Below are positions 18,525 through 28,239 of a stretch of DNA of 54,674 nucleotides, in pieces. The notes under the pieces were generated by a model. The model did no database searches. It worked only from the letters and a program-made list of their open reading frames with translations, and had not been told where the DNA came from. This stretch comes from Gallionellaceae bacterium (GTDB taxonomy: Bacteria; Pseudomonadota; Gammaproteobacteria; Burkholderiales; Gallionellaceae), in assembly GCA_041488395.1 (NCBI GenBank), contig JBGPPE010000001.1, positions 1-54,674 on the forward strand, read 5' to 3'. Positions within the stretch are counted from its first letter, which is position 1. The number at the start of each line of letters is the position of its first letter. Both the position numbers and the translations under genes were made by a program.

Positions 18525-18555
18525 TAAAAAAGGCGACCAATTGGTCGCCTTTTTT
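18525..18555. terminator. Bidirectional rho-independent terminator (small lipoprotein gene / purL)
   Basis: AAAAAA-aggcgacc-aatt-ggtcgcct-TTTTT. The 8-bp GC stem is flanked by an A-tract and a T-tract. Confidence 0.7.
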
Positions 18556-18570
18556 ACGCCTGCAAGCAGC

Positions 18571-21500
18571 TTAACCCACCCACATGCGTGCATTCTGGAA
18601 CATGCGCAGCCAGGCACCGTTCTCGCTCCACTCGGCCGGGTGCCAGGAGTTTTGCACGGCACGGAACACACGCTCCGGATGCGGCATCATGATGCTGAAG
18701 CGTCCGTCCGGCGTGGTCAGACCGGTCACGCCCTGTGGCGAGCCATTCGGGTTGAGCGGATAGGTCTCGGTCGCCTTGCCGTGGTTGTCCACGTAGCGCA
18801 GCGTCACCAGCGGCTGTGCTGCTTTCAGCTGTTTGGCGCTGCCGAAATCGGCATAGCCTTCGCCGTGCGACACCACCACCGGCATGCGGCTGCCGGCCAT
18901 GCCGTCGAACAGGATCGAAGCCGACTTCTGCACTTCCACCATGACAAAACGCGCCTCGAACTGCTCCGACTGGTTGCGCGCAAAGTGCGCCCAGTGTTCC
19001 GCGCCGGGAATGATCTCGTGCAGGTTGCTCATCATCTGGCAGCCGTTGCACACGCCCAGGGCGAAGGTGTCGCGACGATGGAAGAAGGCAGAAAACTCGT
19101 CGCGCGCGCGCGGGTTGAACAGGATGGACTTGGCCCAGCCCTCGCCCGCACCGAGCACGTCGCCATAGGAGAAGCCGCCGCAGGCGGCCACGCCCTTGAA
19201 GTCATGCAGCTTGACGCGGCCGCTGATGATGTCGCTCATGTGCACGTCCACCGCGGCAAAGCCGGCGCGGTCAAACGCGGCCGCCATCTCGACCTGGCCG
19301 TTGACGCCCTGCTCGCGCAGGATGGCCATCCTGGGGCGGGACAATTTCAGCGCGGGAGCGACCGGGTTGTCGTTCGGGTTATATGTCAGTTTCGCGTGCA
19401 GGCCCGGGTCGGCTGCATCGAGGATGCGGTCATACTCCTGCTGGGCGCAGGCCGGATTGTCGCGCAGCTTCTGCATCTGGTAAGTCGTTTCCGACCAGGT
19501 GCGCTGCAGCGCAATCGCATTTTTGCTGAACAGTTTTTTGCCACCGTGCACGATATTGAACAGACCTTTCTTGTTCAGGCGCGCCACTTCATGCACTGTG
19601 GATAGGCCGGCGCCATGGCAGGCATGAATGACGTGCTGCACATCGCTGTGCCGCACCTGGATTAGCGCGCCCAGCTCCTCGTTGAACAAGGCGCTGATGG
19701 CGTCGCCGGCCAGCGCATCCAGATTTACGTCCAGACCGATGTGCGAAGCAAACGACATCTCGCACAATGCCGCCAGCAAACCGCCGTCGGCACGGTCATG
19801 GTAGGCCAGCAGCTTGTCTTCGCCATGCAGGCGCTGGATGGTATTAAAGAACGCCTTCAGCTTGCTCGCGTCATCCACGTCCGGTGCCACATTGCCGGTC
19901 TGCTGGTAAACCTGTGCCAGCGCCGAACCGCCCATGCGGTTCTTGCCGGCGCCCAGGTCGATCAGCAGCAGCACGCTGTCGATGTCGGCCAGCAGTTGCG
20001 GTGTCAGTGTCTTGCTTGCATCCACGCACGGTGCGAAGGCCGTGACGATCAGCGACAGCGGCGCCGTCACCGCTTTCTTCTCGTCACCTTCCTGCCAGGC
20101 GGTGCGCATCGACATCGAATCCTTGCCCACCGGGATGCCGATGCCCAGCTGCGGGCACAGCTCCATGCCGACGGCACGCACGGTGTCGAACAGGGCAGCA
20201 TCCTCGCCGTGGTGGCCGGCCGCCGCCATCCAGTTGGCCGACAGTTTGATGTCGCCGATTTTGGCGATGCGCGCAGCAGCGATGTTGGTAATCGCCTCGC
20301 CCACCGCCATGCGCCCGGAAGCCGGTGCATTCAGCAGTGCCAGCGGCGTACGCTCGCCCAGTGCGAAAGCTTCGCCCTGGGTGGTGTGGTAACCCATCAG
20401 GGTTACCGCCACGTCTGCCACCGGCACCTGCCACGGGCCGACCATCTGGTCGCGCGCGGTGAGACCGCCCACGCTGCGATCGCCGATGCTGATCAAAAAG
20501 GTCTTGTCGGCCACTGCTGGCAGGCGCAGCACGCGCGTGATGGCGTCTTCCAGCTTGATCTTGCTGCTGTCGAAGGCCGGCAGTTTTACCGCTTCACGCT
20601 TTACATTGCGCGTCATCCTGGGCGGCTTGCCCAGCAGCACCGACAGCGGCATGTCCACCGCGTCGTTCTTGAACAGTTCGTCGTGCACGATCAGCCTGTC
20701 GTCGGCAATGGCGTGGCCGAGCACGGCAAACGGGCAGCGCTCGCGCGCGCACATGGCCTGGAATTCCGCCAGGCGCTCGGGTGCAATCGCCAGCACGTAG
20801 CGCTCCTGCGCCTCATTGCTCCAGATCTGCATCGGCGACATGCCGCGCTCCTCGCTCGGCACCTTGCGCAGCTCGAAACGCGCACCGCGCCCGCCGCCGT
20901 GCACCAGTTCGGGCAAGGCGTTGGAAATGCCGCCGGCACCCACGTCGTGAATCGACAGGATGGGGTTGTTGCCGCCCAGCTGCCAGCAGCGGTCAATCAC
21001 CTCCTGCGCGCGGCGCTGCATCTCCGGATTGCCGCGCTGCACCGAATCGAAGTCCAGATTCTCGGCGTTGACACCGGTATCCATGCTGGAAGCCGCACCG
21101 CCACCCAGCCCAATCAGCATGCCGGGGCCGCCCAGCTGGATCAGCAGCGCGCCCACCGGCAAGCCATGCTTGTGCGTGTGCTGTGCGGCAATGCTGCCGA
21201 CGCCGCCAGCCAGCATGATGGGCTTGTGATAGCCGCGCATCTCGCCGTTGACGTTTTCTTCATAAGTGCGGAAATAGCCGGCCAGGTTGGGGCGGCCGAA
21301 TTCGTTGTTGAATGCCGCGCCGCCGATCGGGCCTTCCAGCATGATCTGCAGCGGCGAGGCAATGCGCGAAGGCTTGCCGTAGGGCTTCTTCTCCCATGGC
21401 TGTTCGAAGCCGGGGATACTCAGGTTGGAAACGGAGAAGCCGCTCAGGCCGGCCTTGGGTTTGGAGCCGCTACCGGTCGCGCCCTCGTCGCGGATTTCGC

Positions 21501-22458
21501 CGCCGGCGCCGGTGGCCGCGCCGGCAAACGGCGCAATCGCGGTGGGGTGGTTGTGTGTCTCCACCTTCATCAGGGTATGGGTAAGCTCCTTGCTGTAGGC
21601 ATAGCTGCCGTCCGCGCGCGGATAGAAACGGTCAATACTGGCACCCTCGATTACCGAGGAGTTGTCTGAGTAGGCCACCACCGTGCCTTGCGGGCTCACC
21701 TTGTGGGTGTTGCGGATCATGCCGAACAGCGACATCGCTTCCTGCTGGTTGTCGATCACCCAGTCCGCGTTGAAAATCTTGTGGCGGCAATGTTCCGAGT
21801 TGGCCTGCGCAAACATCATCAGCTCGACATCGGTCGGGTTGCGCTGCAGCTTGCTGAAGTTTTCCACCAGGTAATCGATTTCATCGTTGGACAGTGCCAG
21901 CCCCAACTCATAGTTGGCCACCGACAGCGCCGCGCTGCCGCCCTGCAGTATATCCACCGAGGACAGCGGCTGTGCCTCGCCGTGCGCAAAAATTTTCTCT
22001 TCAATGCCGCCCAGCTCGGTCACCACTGATTCGGTCATGCGGTCGTGCAGCAGGGGCAGCAGCGCCTTCAGCTGGGTGCGCGACAGTGCATGGCCGCTGC
22101 GGCTCTTGAAGTAATACACCACTCCGCGCTCGATGCGCTTCACCGTGGGCAGTGCGCAATGCTGTGCGATCTCGGTGGCCTTGGAAGACCACGGGGAAAT
22201 CGTGCCCAGCCGCGGCACCACCAGCAGTTTAGTCAGCCTGTTCGCCTCCTTGGGTTCACCCAGCTCCCCTTCATCCAGCCCGAGCAAACGCAACAGCAGC
22301 TCCCTGTCGGCGTCGGCCAGAGCCGACTTGAGCGCGGTGAAATAGCAGTGTCGCGTTGTTTCCACAGACACTTCAGGCACGGCGGCCTTGACGGCTGCGC
22401 GGAGTTTTTCGAGACGGAAGGAGGAGAGTGCGGGTTTGCCGGTGGTGGAGAGGAACAT
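18571..22458 (-). CDS. purL: Phosphoribosylformylglycinamidine synthase (single-chain large PurL)
   Basis: 1295 aa. Carries the FGAM synthase N-terminal, AIR-synthase-like and C-terminal glutaminase (GVCNGCQM) regions. Confidence 0.97.
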   Translation of the reverse strand: MFLSTTGKPALSSFRLEKLRAAVKAAVPEVSVETTRHCYFTALKSALADADRELLLRLLGLDEGELGEPKEANRLTKLLVVPRLGTISPWSSKATEIAQHCALPTVKRIERGVVYYFKSRSGHALSRTQLKALLPLLHDRMTESVVTELGGIEEKIFAHGEAQPLSSVDILQGGSAALSVANYELGLALSNDEIDYLVENFSKLQRNPTDVELMMFAQANSEHCRHKIFNADWVIDNQQEAMSLFGMIRNTHKVSPQGTVVAYSDNSSVIEGASIDRFYPRADGSYAYSKELTHTLMKVETHNHPTAIAPFAGAATGAGGEIRDEGATGSGSKPKAGLSGFSVSNLSIPGFEQPWEKKPYGKPSRIASPLQIMLEGPIGGAAFNNEFGRPNLAGYFRTYEENVNGEMRGYHKPIMLAGGVGSIAAQHTHKHGLPVGALLIQLGGPGMLIGLGGGAASSMDTGVNAENLDFDSVQRGNPEMQRRAQEVIDRCWQLGGNNPILSIHDVGAGGISNALPELVHGGGRGARFELRKVPSEERGMSPMQIWSNEAQERYVLAIAPERLAEFQAMCARERCPFAVLGHAIADDRLIVHDELFKNDAVDMPLSVLLGKPPRMTRNVKREAVKLPAFDSSKIKLEDAITRVLRLPAVADKTFLISIGDRSVGGLTARDQMVGPWQVPVADVAVTLMGYHTTQGEAFALGERTPLALLNAPASGRMAVGEAITNIAAARIAKIGDIKLSANWMAAAGHHGEDAALFDTVRAVGMELCPQLGIGIPVGKDSMSMRTAWQEGDEKKAVTAPLSLIVTAFAPCVDASKTLTPQLLADIDSVLLLIDLGAGKNRMGGSALAQVYQQTGNVAPDVDDASKLKAFFNTIQRLHGEDKLLAYHDRADGGLLAALCEMSFASHIGLDVNLDALAGDAISALFNEELGALIQVRHSDVQHVIHACHGAGLSTVHEVARLNKKGLFNIVHGGKKLFSKNAIALQRTWSETTYQMQKLRDNPACAQQEYDRILDAADPGLHAKLTYNPNDNPVAPALKLSRPRMAILREQGVNGQVEMAAAFDRAGFAAVDVHMSDIISGRVKLHDFKGVAACGGFSYGDVLGAGEGWAKSILFNPRARDEFSAFFHRRDTFALGVCNGCQMMSNLHEIIPGAEHWAHFARNQSEQFEARFVMVEVQKSASILFDGMAGSRMPVVVSHGEGYADFGSAKQLKAAQPLVTLRYVDNHGKATETYPLNPNGSPQGVTGLTTPDGRFSIMMPHPERVFRAVQNSWHPAEWSENGAWLRMFQNARMWVG

Positions 22459-22529
22459 AAGATCGATCCTTTAAATGAGGTAGGTTGCAATTATAATGCA
22501 GGCTAACGTTCTCACCTCAGGAAAACAGC

Positions 22530-23384
22530 ATGAAAGCCATTCGCATCCCCGCCATCTCGCAACAGCAGGTTGCCGCCTTTATCAAACCGCGTCCGCGCGA
22601 CAGCCACAAGGGCGACTTCGGCACGGTGGCGATCATCGGCGGCGGCAACTGCATGATCGGTGCTGCGATCCTGGCCGGGCGTGCCGCACTCAAAACTGGT
22701 GCCGGCTGCGTGCATGTGGGTTTGCTTGCAGACCATGCCCCCGGCGTGGACATGCGCCAACCAGAACTGATGCTGCACCCGGCTCGAGCCGCGTTGCAAC
22801 TGAAGAAACTGGACGTGGTCGCCATCGGCTGTGGCATGGGACACGACCTCGCCGCACAGAAAATCCTGCACGATGCACTCAAGCTGGAAGTCGCACTGGT
22901 ACTGGATGCAGACGCGCTCAATATTCTCGCCTTGCGCCCAGATCTGCGCAGCCTGCTGCTGGCACGCAAACAGGCTGCTGTAATCACTCCGCATCCAGGC
23001 GAAGCCGCACGCCTGCTCGGCAGCAGCAGCGCGGAAGTGCAGGCCGACCGCGCCGCTGCCGCACAGGAGCTGGCTAAGCGCAGCGGCTGCAGCGTGGTAC
23101 TGAAAGGCGCAGACAGCCTGTGCGTGACCAGTGAAGGCAAAACCTGGCTCAACCAGACCGGCAACCCCGGCATGAGCGGCCCCGGCATGGGCGATGTGCT
23201 CAGCGGCCTGATCGCCGCCTTTATCGCGCAGGGCCTGAGTGCCGATGAAGCCATGCTGCTGGGCGTGCATCTGCACGGCGCCGCCGGCGATGCGCTGGCC
23301 CAGCAGCAGGCTAGCCTGGGCATGACCGCTTCCGAGGTAACGGAGTGGTCGCGCTGGCTGCTGAATCAGTGGATAAAGAAATAA
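22530..23384 (+). CDS. nnrD: ADP-dependent NAD(P)H-hydrate dehydratase
   Basis: The HKGDFGTVAIIGG... and GNPGMSGPGMGDVLSG motifs of the YjeF C-terminal carbohydrate-kinase family. Confidence 0.88.
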   Translation: MKAIRIPAISQQQVAAFIKPRPRDSHKGDFGTVAIIGGGNCMIGAAILAGRAALKTGAGCVHVGLLADHAPGVDMRQPELMLHPARAALQLKKLDVVAIGCGMGHDLAAQKILHDALKLEVALVLDADALNILALRPDLRSLLLARKQAAVITPHPGEAARLLGSSSAEVQADRAAAAQELAKRSGCSVVLKGADSLCVTSEGKTWLNQTGNPGMSGPGMGDVLSGLIAAFIAQGLSADEAMLLGVHLHGAAGDALAQQQASLGMTASEVTEWSRWLLNQWIKK

Positions 23385-23398
23385 ACTGCAAATCATTG

Positions 23399-23526
23399 AT
23401 CCGCAGATTACGCAGATTAACGCAGATTCAAATGCACCTGCAGACATATCGAATCACCCTGTGCCTCAACATGCCTGGCCTCGATTGCCTTGTTTGAAAT
23501 CTGTCTAATCTGCGTAATCTGCGGAT
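23399..23526. repeat. CGCAGATTA-type palindromic intergenic element, copy A
   Basis: The left arm atccgcagattacgcagattaacgcagatt (23399-23428) pairs with the right arm aaatctgtctaatctgcgtaatctgcggat (23497-23526). The arms are built from tandem units of 9-10 bp. Confidence 0.8.
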
Positions 23527-23546
23527 AAACTCATACTGAATACACC

Positions 23547-24302
23547 ATGGCCACTCCCATCGACATCCGCGAAGAATCCGGCGTACGCACCCTGCACTTC
23601 GGTTCCGAGTGGATCCAGGGCGCAATGCGCATCGCCCGCCCCTGGCACCTCGAGCTCGACTACACGCGCGAGATGATGGCCAGCCTGCTGTTGCGCGACC
23701 CGGCGCACTTCCCGCGCAGGGTGCTGCTGATCGGGCTGGGAGCGGCCTCGCTGACCAAGTACCTCTACCGCAACCGCTTGCTGGCCAAGCTCACCGTGGT
23801 GGAAATCGAACAGGATGTGGTGGCAGCGGCCTACCATTTTTTCAAACTGCCGCATGACCCGCTGCGCATCCAGATTGTCGTCGCCGATGGCGTCGACTAC
23901 CTCATCAACAGCGATAAAACCTGGGACCTGATCCTGGTCGATGGCTTTGATGCCGACGCGCGCGCCGGCGGCCTCGACACCCTGCCTTTTTATCAGGCGG
24001 CACGCGCCCACCTGAGCGACAACGGCATCATGGCCGTCAACCTGCTCGGGCGCAGCCGCGGCTTCAAGGACAGCGTGGAGCGTATCAAAACCGCGTTTGA
24101 AGGGCGTGCGCTGGCCTTTCCTTCCTGCGACAGCGGCAACACCATCGCCTTCGCCGCCACCGGCGAACCCATCAGCCTCCCCCTGGGCGAGCTCAAGGAA
24201 CAGGCGCGTACCCTGAAAGACGAAACCGGCCTCAACCTGCTGCCCGTCCTGGCGCGTCTGGAACAGGTGCAAACCTGCACCGGCGGTGTGCTGGAACTGT
24301 AG
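23547..24302 (+). CDS. Spermidine-synthase-like SAM-dependent transferase
   Basis: VLLIGLGAASL (SAM motif I) and LILVDGFD. The overall PABS-like pattern is present. Confidence 0.72.
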   Translation: MATPIDIREESGVRTLHFGSEWIQGAMRIARPWHLELDYTREMMASLLLRDPAHFPRRVLLIGLGAASLTKYLYRNRLLAKLTVVEIEQDVVAAAYHFFKLPHDPLRIQIVVADGVDYLINSDKTWDLILVDGFDADARAGGLDTLPFYQAARAHLSDNGIMAVNLLGRSRGFKDSVERIKTAFEGRALAFPSCDSGNTIAFAATGEPISLPLGELKEQARTLKDETGLNLLPVLARLEQVQTCTGGVLEL

Positions 24303-24424
24303 TCCGCCTGTCCGACCAGCCCGTCCGCTGGTCCAGATCACTAAACTTGTTGCTGCAGCAGCCGATAGACTGTTTACAGGGTTGCATTTGTTTACCCTTA
24401 ACTCGCAAGCACAGGAGGTGTGAC

Positions 24425-24640
24425 ATGGGCACCATGATTATGAATATGTGTGGCGGCGGGGTCGAACGCAATGTATCGACCACAGCGGAATATGACGACG
24501 AAATTCAGAACGCGGGCTGGAATCCGGTCGTTGCTCTGGAACACGTAGTGCCGTATGAAAAACCTGTGTCCATGCCCGCCGAGCTCGCCGCAATCGACGT
24601 GGAACAGTTCCTGAAAAAAATGTACAGCCACCTGTGCTGA
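24425..24640 (+). CDS. Hypothetical small protein (71 aa)
   Basis: A strong AGGAGG RBS at 24413-24418 lies 6 nt before the ATG. No recognisable domain. Confidence 0.4.
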   Translation: MGTMIMNMCGGGVERNVSTTAEYDDEIQNAGWNPVVALEHVVPYEKPVSMPAELAAIDVEQFLKKMYSHLC

Positions 24641-24777
24641 GCCGATTTTCCGGGGCAGTGGAAGCCAGCTACGCATGCCATGCCGGCTGACAATCTGCAT
24701 TAGCGAATGCTGGTTGTGAACGGGCATATGTATGACTACAATCAGGCATCCAGGGCTCTCACAGATGGTTGATACAC

Positions 24778-27483
24778 ATGCACCCACCCGTTCCCGGCAA
24801 GAATCCTGATCCCGCAACAAAGGAAGCCGCGCATCCGCGTTCAAAGCTTATCCTGCCATCGCCCACATTTGCTTTACTCGCTATTACCCTTTCCATTTTC
24901 ATTATGGAAATCCTGGTGATGGCGCTGATGGGACATCTGCCGCAACAATCCGAATTCATTGAAGCCGCGATAGATTCCACCCTGCTGATCGCACTGCTCT
25001 CGCCCATCCTCTATCTTTTCCTGTTCCATCCGGTCAAGCAGCATTTACGCCTGCGCGAACAAGCCGAAGCGACGCTCAGGAAAAGCCAGGAAACGCAGTT
25101 AAAGGACATGCTGCGCACCTCACTGGACGGCTACTGGATGAGCGATGCACAGGGGCACCTTCTGGAAGTAAATGATGCCTATTGCCTCATGTCCGGCTAC
25201 AGCCGGGAAGAGTTGCTCAAGATGTGCATCAGCGATGTTGAGGCCATTGAGACACCGGAGGACACCGCCGCCCATCTCAAGCAGCTGATGGAAATGGGCA
25301 GCGTCAACTTCGAGACCCGGCACAGGCGCAAGGACGGTGTGCTGCTGGATATCGAAGTCAGCGCCAATTTCGCCAAGTACGACGAGGCAAGAGTACATTG
25401 CTTTCTGCGCAACATCACCCTGCGCAAACAGGGCGAGGAAGCGTTGCGCCTGCAAAGCGAAATCACGGCCAATGCGGCGGAGGGCATTGCCCTGATCAAG
25501 GCCAGTGACAGCACTATTCATTACACAAACCGCCGCTTTGAATCTTTGTTTGGCTACGCACCTGGCGAGCTGATCGGAAAGCATATTTCCATCATCAATG
25601 CTCCTACGGATAAGCCCCCCCTGGACACCGCAACCGAAATCCAGCAGCAAGTGGAAAAGAACGGCGAATGCAGCGGTGAGCTGCTCAACCTGCGCAAGGA
25701 TGGCACGACGCTGTGGACATCATTTCATGTTTCCACTGTCATCCACCCTCAACTCGGAAAACTCTTGATTACCTACCAATCCGACATCAGCTCGCGAAAA
25801 GAATCTGAAGAAGATCTGCAGCTGGCCGCCATGGTGTATGAAAACAGCAGCGAGGCGATCGCGGTGACAGATGCCAACAACCAGATCATCGCCGTCAATC
25901 CTGCCTTCGAGGAGATGACCGGTTACAGCGAGGAAGAAATTCTCGGCAAGAACCCAAGGGTCATGAGTTCAGGGCGCCATGACCGGGAGTTTTACCGGGA
26001 GATGTGGCAAAGCCTGATCAGGGACGGATACTGGCATGGGGAAATGTGGGACAAGCGCAAGAACGGCGAAATTTATGCCAAGGCCCTGTCCATCAACACC
26101 ATCAGGAACAGGGATGGCTCGGTGCATCGCTACGTAGCCCTGTTCTCCGACATCACCGAGCGCAAACAGTCGGAAGAGCTGATCTGGAAACAGGCAAATT
26201 TCGATACGCTGACCGAGCTGCCTAACCGGCGCATGTTCCTTGATCGTCTTGAAGTGGAAGCGAAGAAATCGGATCGCAGCAAATTGCCGCTGGCCCTGTT
26301 GCTGATAGACCTGGATCAGTTCAAGGAAGTGAACGACACCCTCGGCCATGCTGTCGGTGACACCCTGCTCAAGGAAGCCGCCTACCGCATTCGCTCCTGC
26401 GTGCGCACCTCGGATACCGTGGCACGCCTGGGCGGAGACGAGTTCACCGTGATCCTTTCCGAGATTCCGGATAGTGCCAATATCACAGACATCACCCAGA
26501 AAATTATCGACCGGCTGGCTGAATATTTCAATTTGGGCCATGAAGTGGTCTATGTTTCTGCCAGTGTCGGCATCACCCTGTACCCCAGCGACGCCTGCAA
26601 TATCGACGACCTGATGAAGAATGCCGATCAGGCGATGTATGTGGCCAAGCAGAACGGGCGTAACCGCTACAGCTATTACACCCACTCGCTGCAGGAGGCC
26701 GCGCAAAAACGCTTGCGTCTGATGAATGATTTGCGCTGTGCACTGGCGCAAAACCAGCTCAAGGTGTATTTCCAGCCCATCATCAATCTGGCCACGGGAC
26801 GTATCTACAAGGCTGAGGCCCTGCTCAGATGGCAGCACCCGGAACGCGGCATGGTCAGCCCCATGGACTTTATTCCCCTGGCTGAAGAAAGCGGGCTGAT
26901 CCATGAAATCGGCGACTGGGTCTTCCGGGAATCGGCGCGCTGGGCCCAGCGCTGGAGCAGCCAGTTTGCGGGCAATTTCCAGATCAGCGTCAATAAATCG
27001 CCGGCTCAGTTCAGGGAGGGCAGCGGCAACTCGAATGCCTGGCTTGCCCATTTGCAGGAACTGGGCCTGTCCGGCAAGCACATACTGGTGGAAATTACCG
27101 AGGGGCTGCTACTGAATGCAGAACATGACATTACTGACAAACTGCTGGCGTTCCGCGATGCCGGCATCCAGGTGGCGATCGATGATTTCGGCACCGGCTA
27201 TTCCTCGCTCTCATATCTGAAAAAATTTGATATCGATTATCTGAAGATTGACCAGTCCTTTGTGCGCAACCTGACCACCGACAGCAATGACATGGCGCTG
27301 TGCGAAGCAATTATCGTGATGGCGCACAAGCTGGGCCTGAAGGTGATCGCCGAAGGCGTGGAGACGGAAGAACAAAGGGTACTGCTGACCAGGGCAGGAT
27401 GCGACTATGCGCAGGGATATTTGCTGTCGCGACCGATACCGCCGGAAGAACTGGAGCGCTACCTGAGTCAACACCAGCCATGA
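24778..27483 (+). CDS. Membrane-anchored PAS-PAS-PAS-GGDEF-EAL protein (diguanylate cyclase/phosphodiesterase)
   Basis: Two N-terminal TM helices and three PAS modules. RLGGDEF and EALLRW plus DDFGTGYSSL motifs are present. The start could be ATG 24778 or TTG 24769. Confidence 0.9.
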   Translation: MHPPVPGKNPDPATKEAAHPRSKLILPSPTFALLAITLSIFIMEILVMALMGHLPQQSEFIEAAIDSTLLIALLSPILYLFLFHPVKQHLRLREQAEATLRKSQETQLKDMLRTSLDGYWMSDAQGHLLEVNDAYCLMSGYSREELLKMCISDVEAIETPEDTAAHLKQLMEMGSVNFETRHRRKDGVLLDIEVSANFAKYDEARVHCFLRNITLRKQGEEALRLQSEITANAAEGIALIKASDSTIHYTNRRFESLFGYAPGELIGKHISIINAPTDKPPLDTATEIQQQVEKNGECSGELLNLRKDGTTLWTSFHVSTVIHPQLGKLLITYQSDISSRKESEEDLQLAAMVYENSSEAIAVTDANNQIIAVNPAFEEMTGYSEEEILGKNPRVMSSGRHDREFYREMWQSLIRDGYWHGEMWDKRKNGEIYAKALSINTIRNRDGSVHRYVALFSDITERKQSEELIWKQANFDTLTELPNRRMFLDRLEVEAKKSDRSKLPLALLLIDLDQFKEVNDTLGHAVGDTLLKEAAYRIRSCVRTSDTVARLGGDEFTVILSEIPDSANITDITQKIIDRLAEYFNLGHEVVYVSASVGITLYPSDACNIDDLMKNADQAMYVAKQNGRNRYSYYTHSLQEAAQKRLRLMNDLRCALAQNQLKVYFQPIINLATGRIYKAEALLRWQHPERGMVSPMDFIPLAEESGLIHEIGDWVFRESARWAQRWSSQFAGNFQISVNKSPAQFREGSGNSNAWLAHLQELGLSGKHILVEITEGLLLNAEHDITDKLLAFRDAGIQVAIDDFGTGYSSLSYLKKFDIDYLKIDQSFVRNLTTDSNDMALCEAIIVMAHKLGLKVIAEGVETEEQRVLLTRAGCDYAQGYLLSRPIPPEELERYLSQHQP

Positions 27484-27517
27484 CTGCATGAGCGCATGCG
27501 GGGGGGGAATCTGCGCG

Positions 27518-27829
27518 TTAGAGGACGCCCGCCTCCACCGCATGGCGCAGATAGAACATGTTCAGCTTGTGCGGGCGCAACACTTCCAGCAGTTTGTCCG
27601 CCAGTGCAGCCTCCAGCACAAATTCCACCTGCACCGTCATTTCACCCGCCAGCTCGAAAAAGGTTTCTTCATGCATGCGGCCATGCCTGCCATAGCCGGC
27701 CATGGCACGAAACGCCGAGCCCCCCGGCACCCCCAGTTTCTTCGCCTCTTCCAGCAGCCATTCATAGGCCAGCGCACCGTTATGGCGCTGTTTTTCGCTG
27801 ACATAAAATTTCAGAATAACGTTTTGCAT
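27518..27829 (-). CDS. DUF190 (PII-like) protein commonly linked to crcB
   Basis: MQNVILKFYVSEKQRHNG...AMAGYG pattern. AGGAGG RBS. The ORF-track start at 28036 overlaps crcB and was rejected. Confidence 0.8.
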   Translation of the reverse strand: MQNVILKFYVSEKQRHNGALAYEWLLEEAKKLGVPGGSAFRAMAGYGRHGRMHEETFFELAGEMTVQVEFVLEAALADKLLEVLRPHKLNMFYLRHAVEAGVL

Positions 27830-27846
27830 ATTGCCTCCTGTCCGGC

Positions 27847-28230
27847 CTATTGCTGCAACCACTTGAATGTCTGCAGACCCAATATTGTCATCAGCAACGA
27901 GCCGCCGAGGTGCGTGGCAATAATCGCCGTGCCCCAGGCATATTGGCCGCGCAGCAGCAAGGTAACGGTCTCCGCGGAAAACGTGGAGAAAGTGGTCAGC
28001 CCGCCGAGGAAGCCGGTGATGATGAACAAACGCCACTCCGGCGACAGACCGGGATGCTGCATGAAAAACGCCACGGCCAGGCCGATCAGGTAGCCGCCCA
28101 CCAGATTGGCCGTCAGCGTACCGGGTGGCAGTTCCGGCAGCGCCGGGTTAAGCCACAGTCCCAGCCCCCAGCGCAGCCAGGCACCGATGGCAGCACCCAA
28201 TCCAATGGCGATAAACGGATAAAAATTCAT
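27847..28230 (-). CDS. crcB: Fluoride ion channel CrcB/FluC
   Basis: [14 protein letters not shown] and [12 protein letters not shown] are hallmark motifs. 127 aa with four TM helices. Confidence 0.92.
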   Translation of the reverse strand: MNFYPFIAIGLGAAIGAWLRWGLGLWLNPALPELPPGTLTANLVGGYLIGLAVAFFMQHPGLSPEWRLFIITGFLGGLTTFSTFSAETVTLLLRGQYAWGTAIIATHLGGSLLMTILGLQTFKWLQQ

Positions 28231-28239
28231 GCGTGCATT

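Noticed and set aside
23399-23526. Possibility that the CGCAGATTA repeats are a CRISPR array.
   Set aside because: The units are 9-10 bp and arranged as inverted arms around one core. There are no regularly spaced 25-40-bp repeats with unique spacers, and no cas genes.
27500-27507. A G8 homopolymer just after the PAS-GGDEF-EAL stop codon, considered as a phase-variation tract.
   Set aside because: It lies in the 34-bp spacer between two convergent stop codons. Length changes would not alter any reading frame or an obvious promoter.
28231-28239. The expected fluoride riboswitch upstream of crcB.
   Set aside because: Only 9 nt separate crcB from the preceding gene, so there is no space for the roughly 50-nt motif. 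This is reported as an absence in the findings rather than as a feature.
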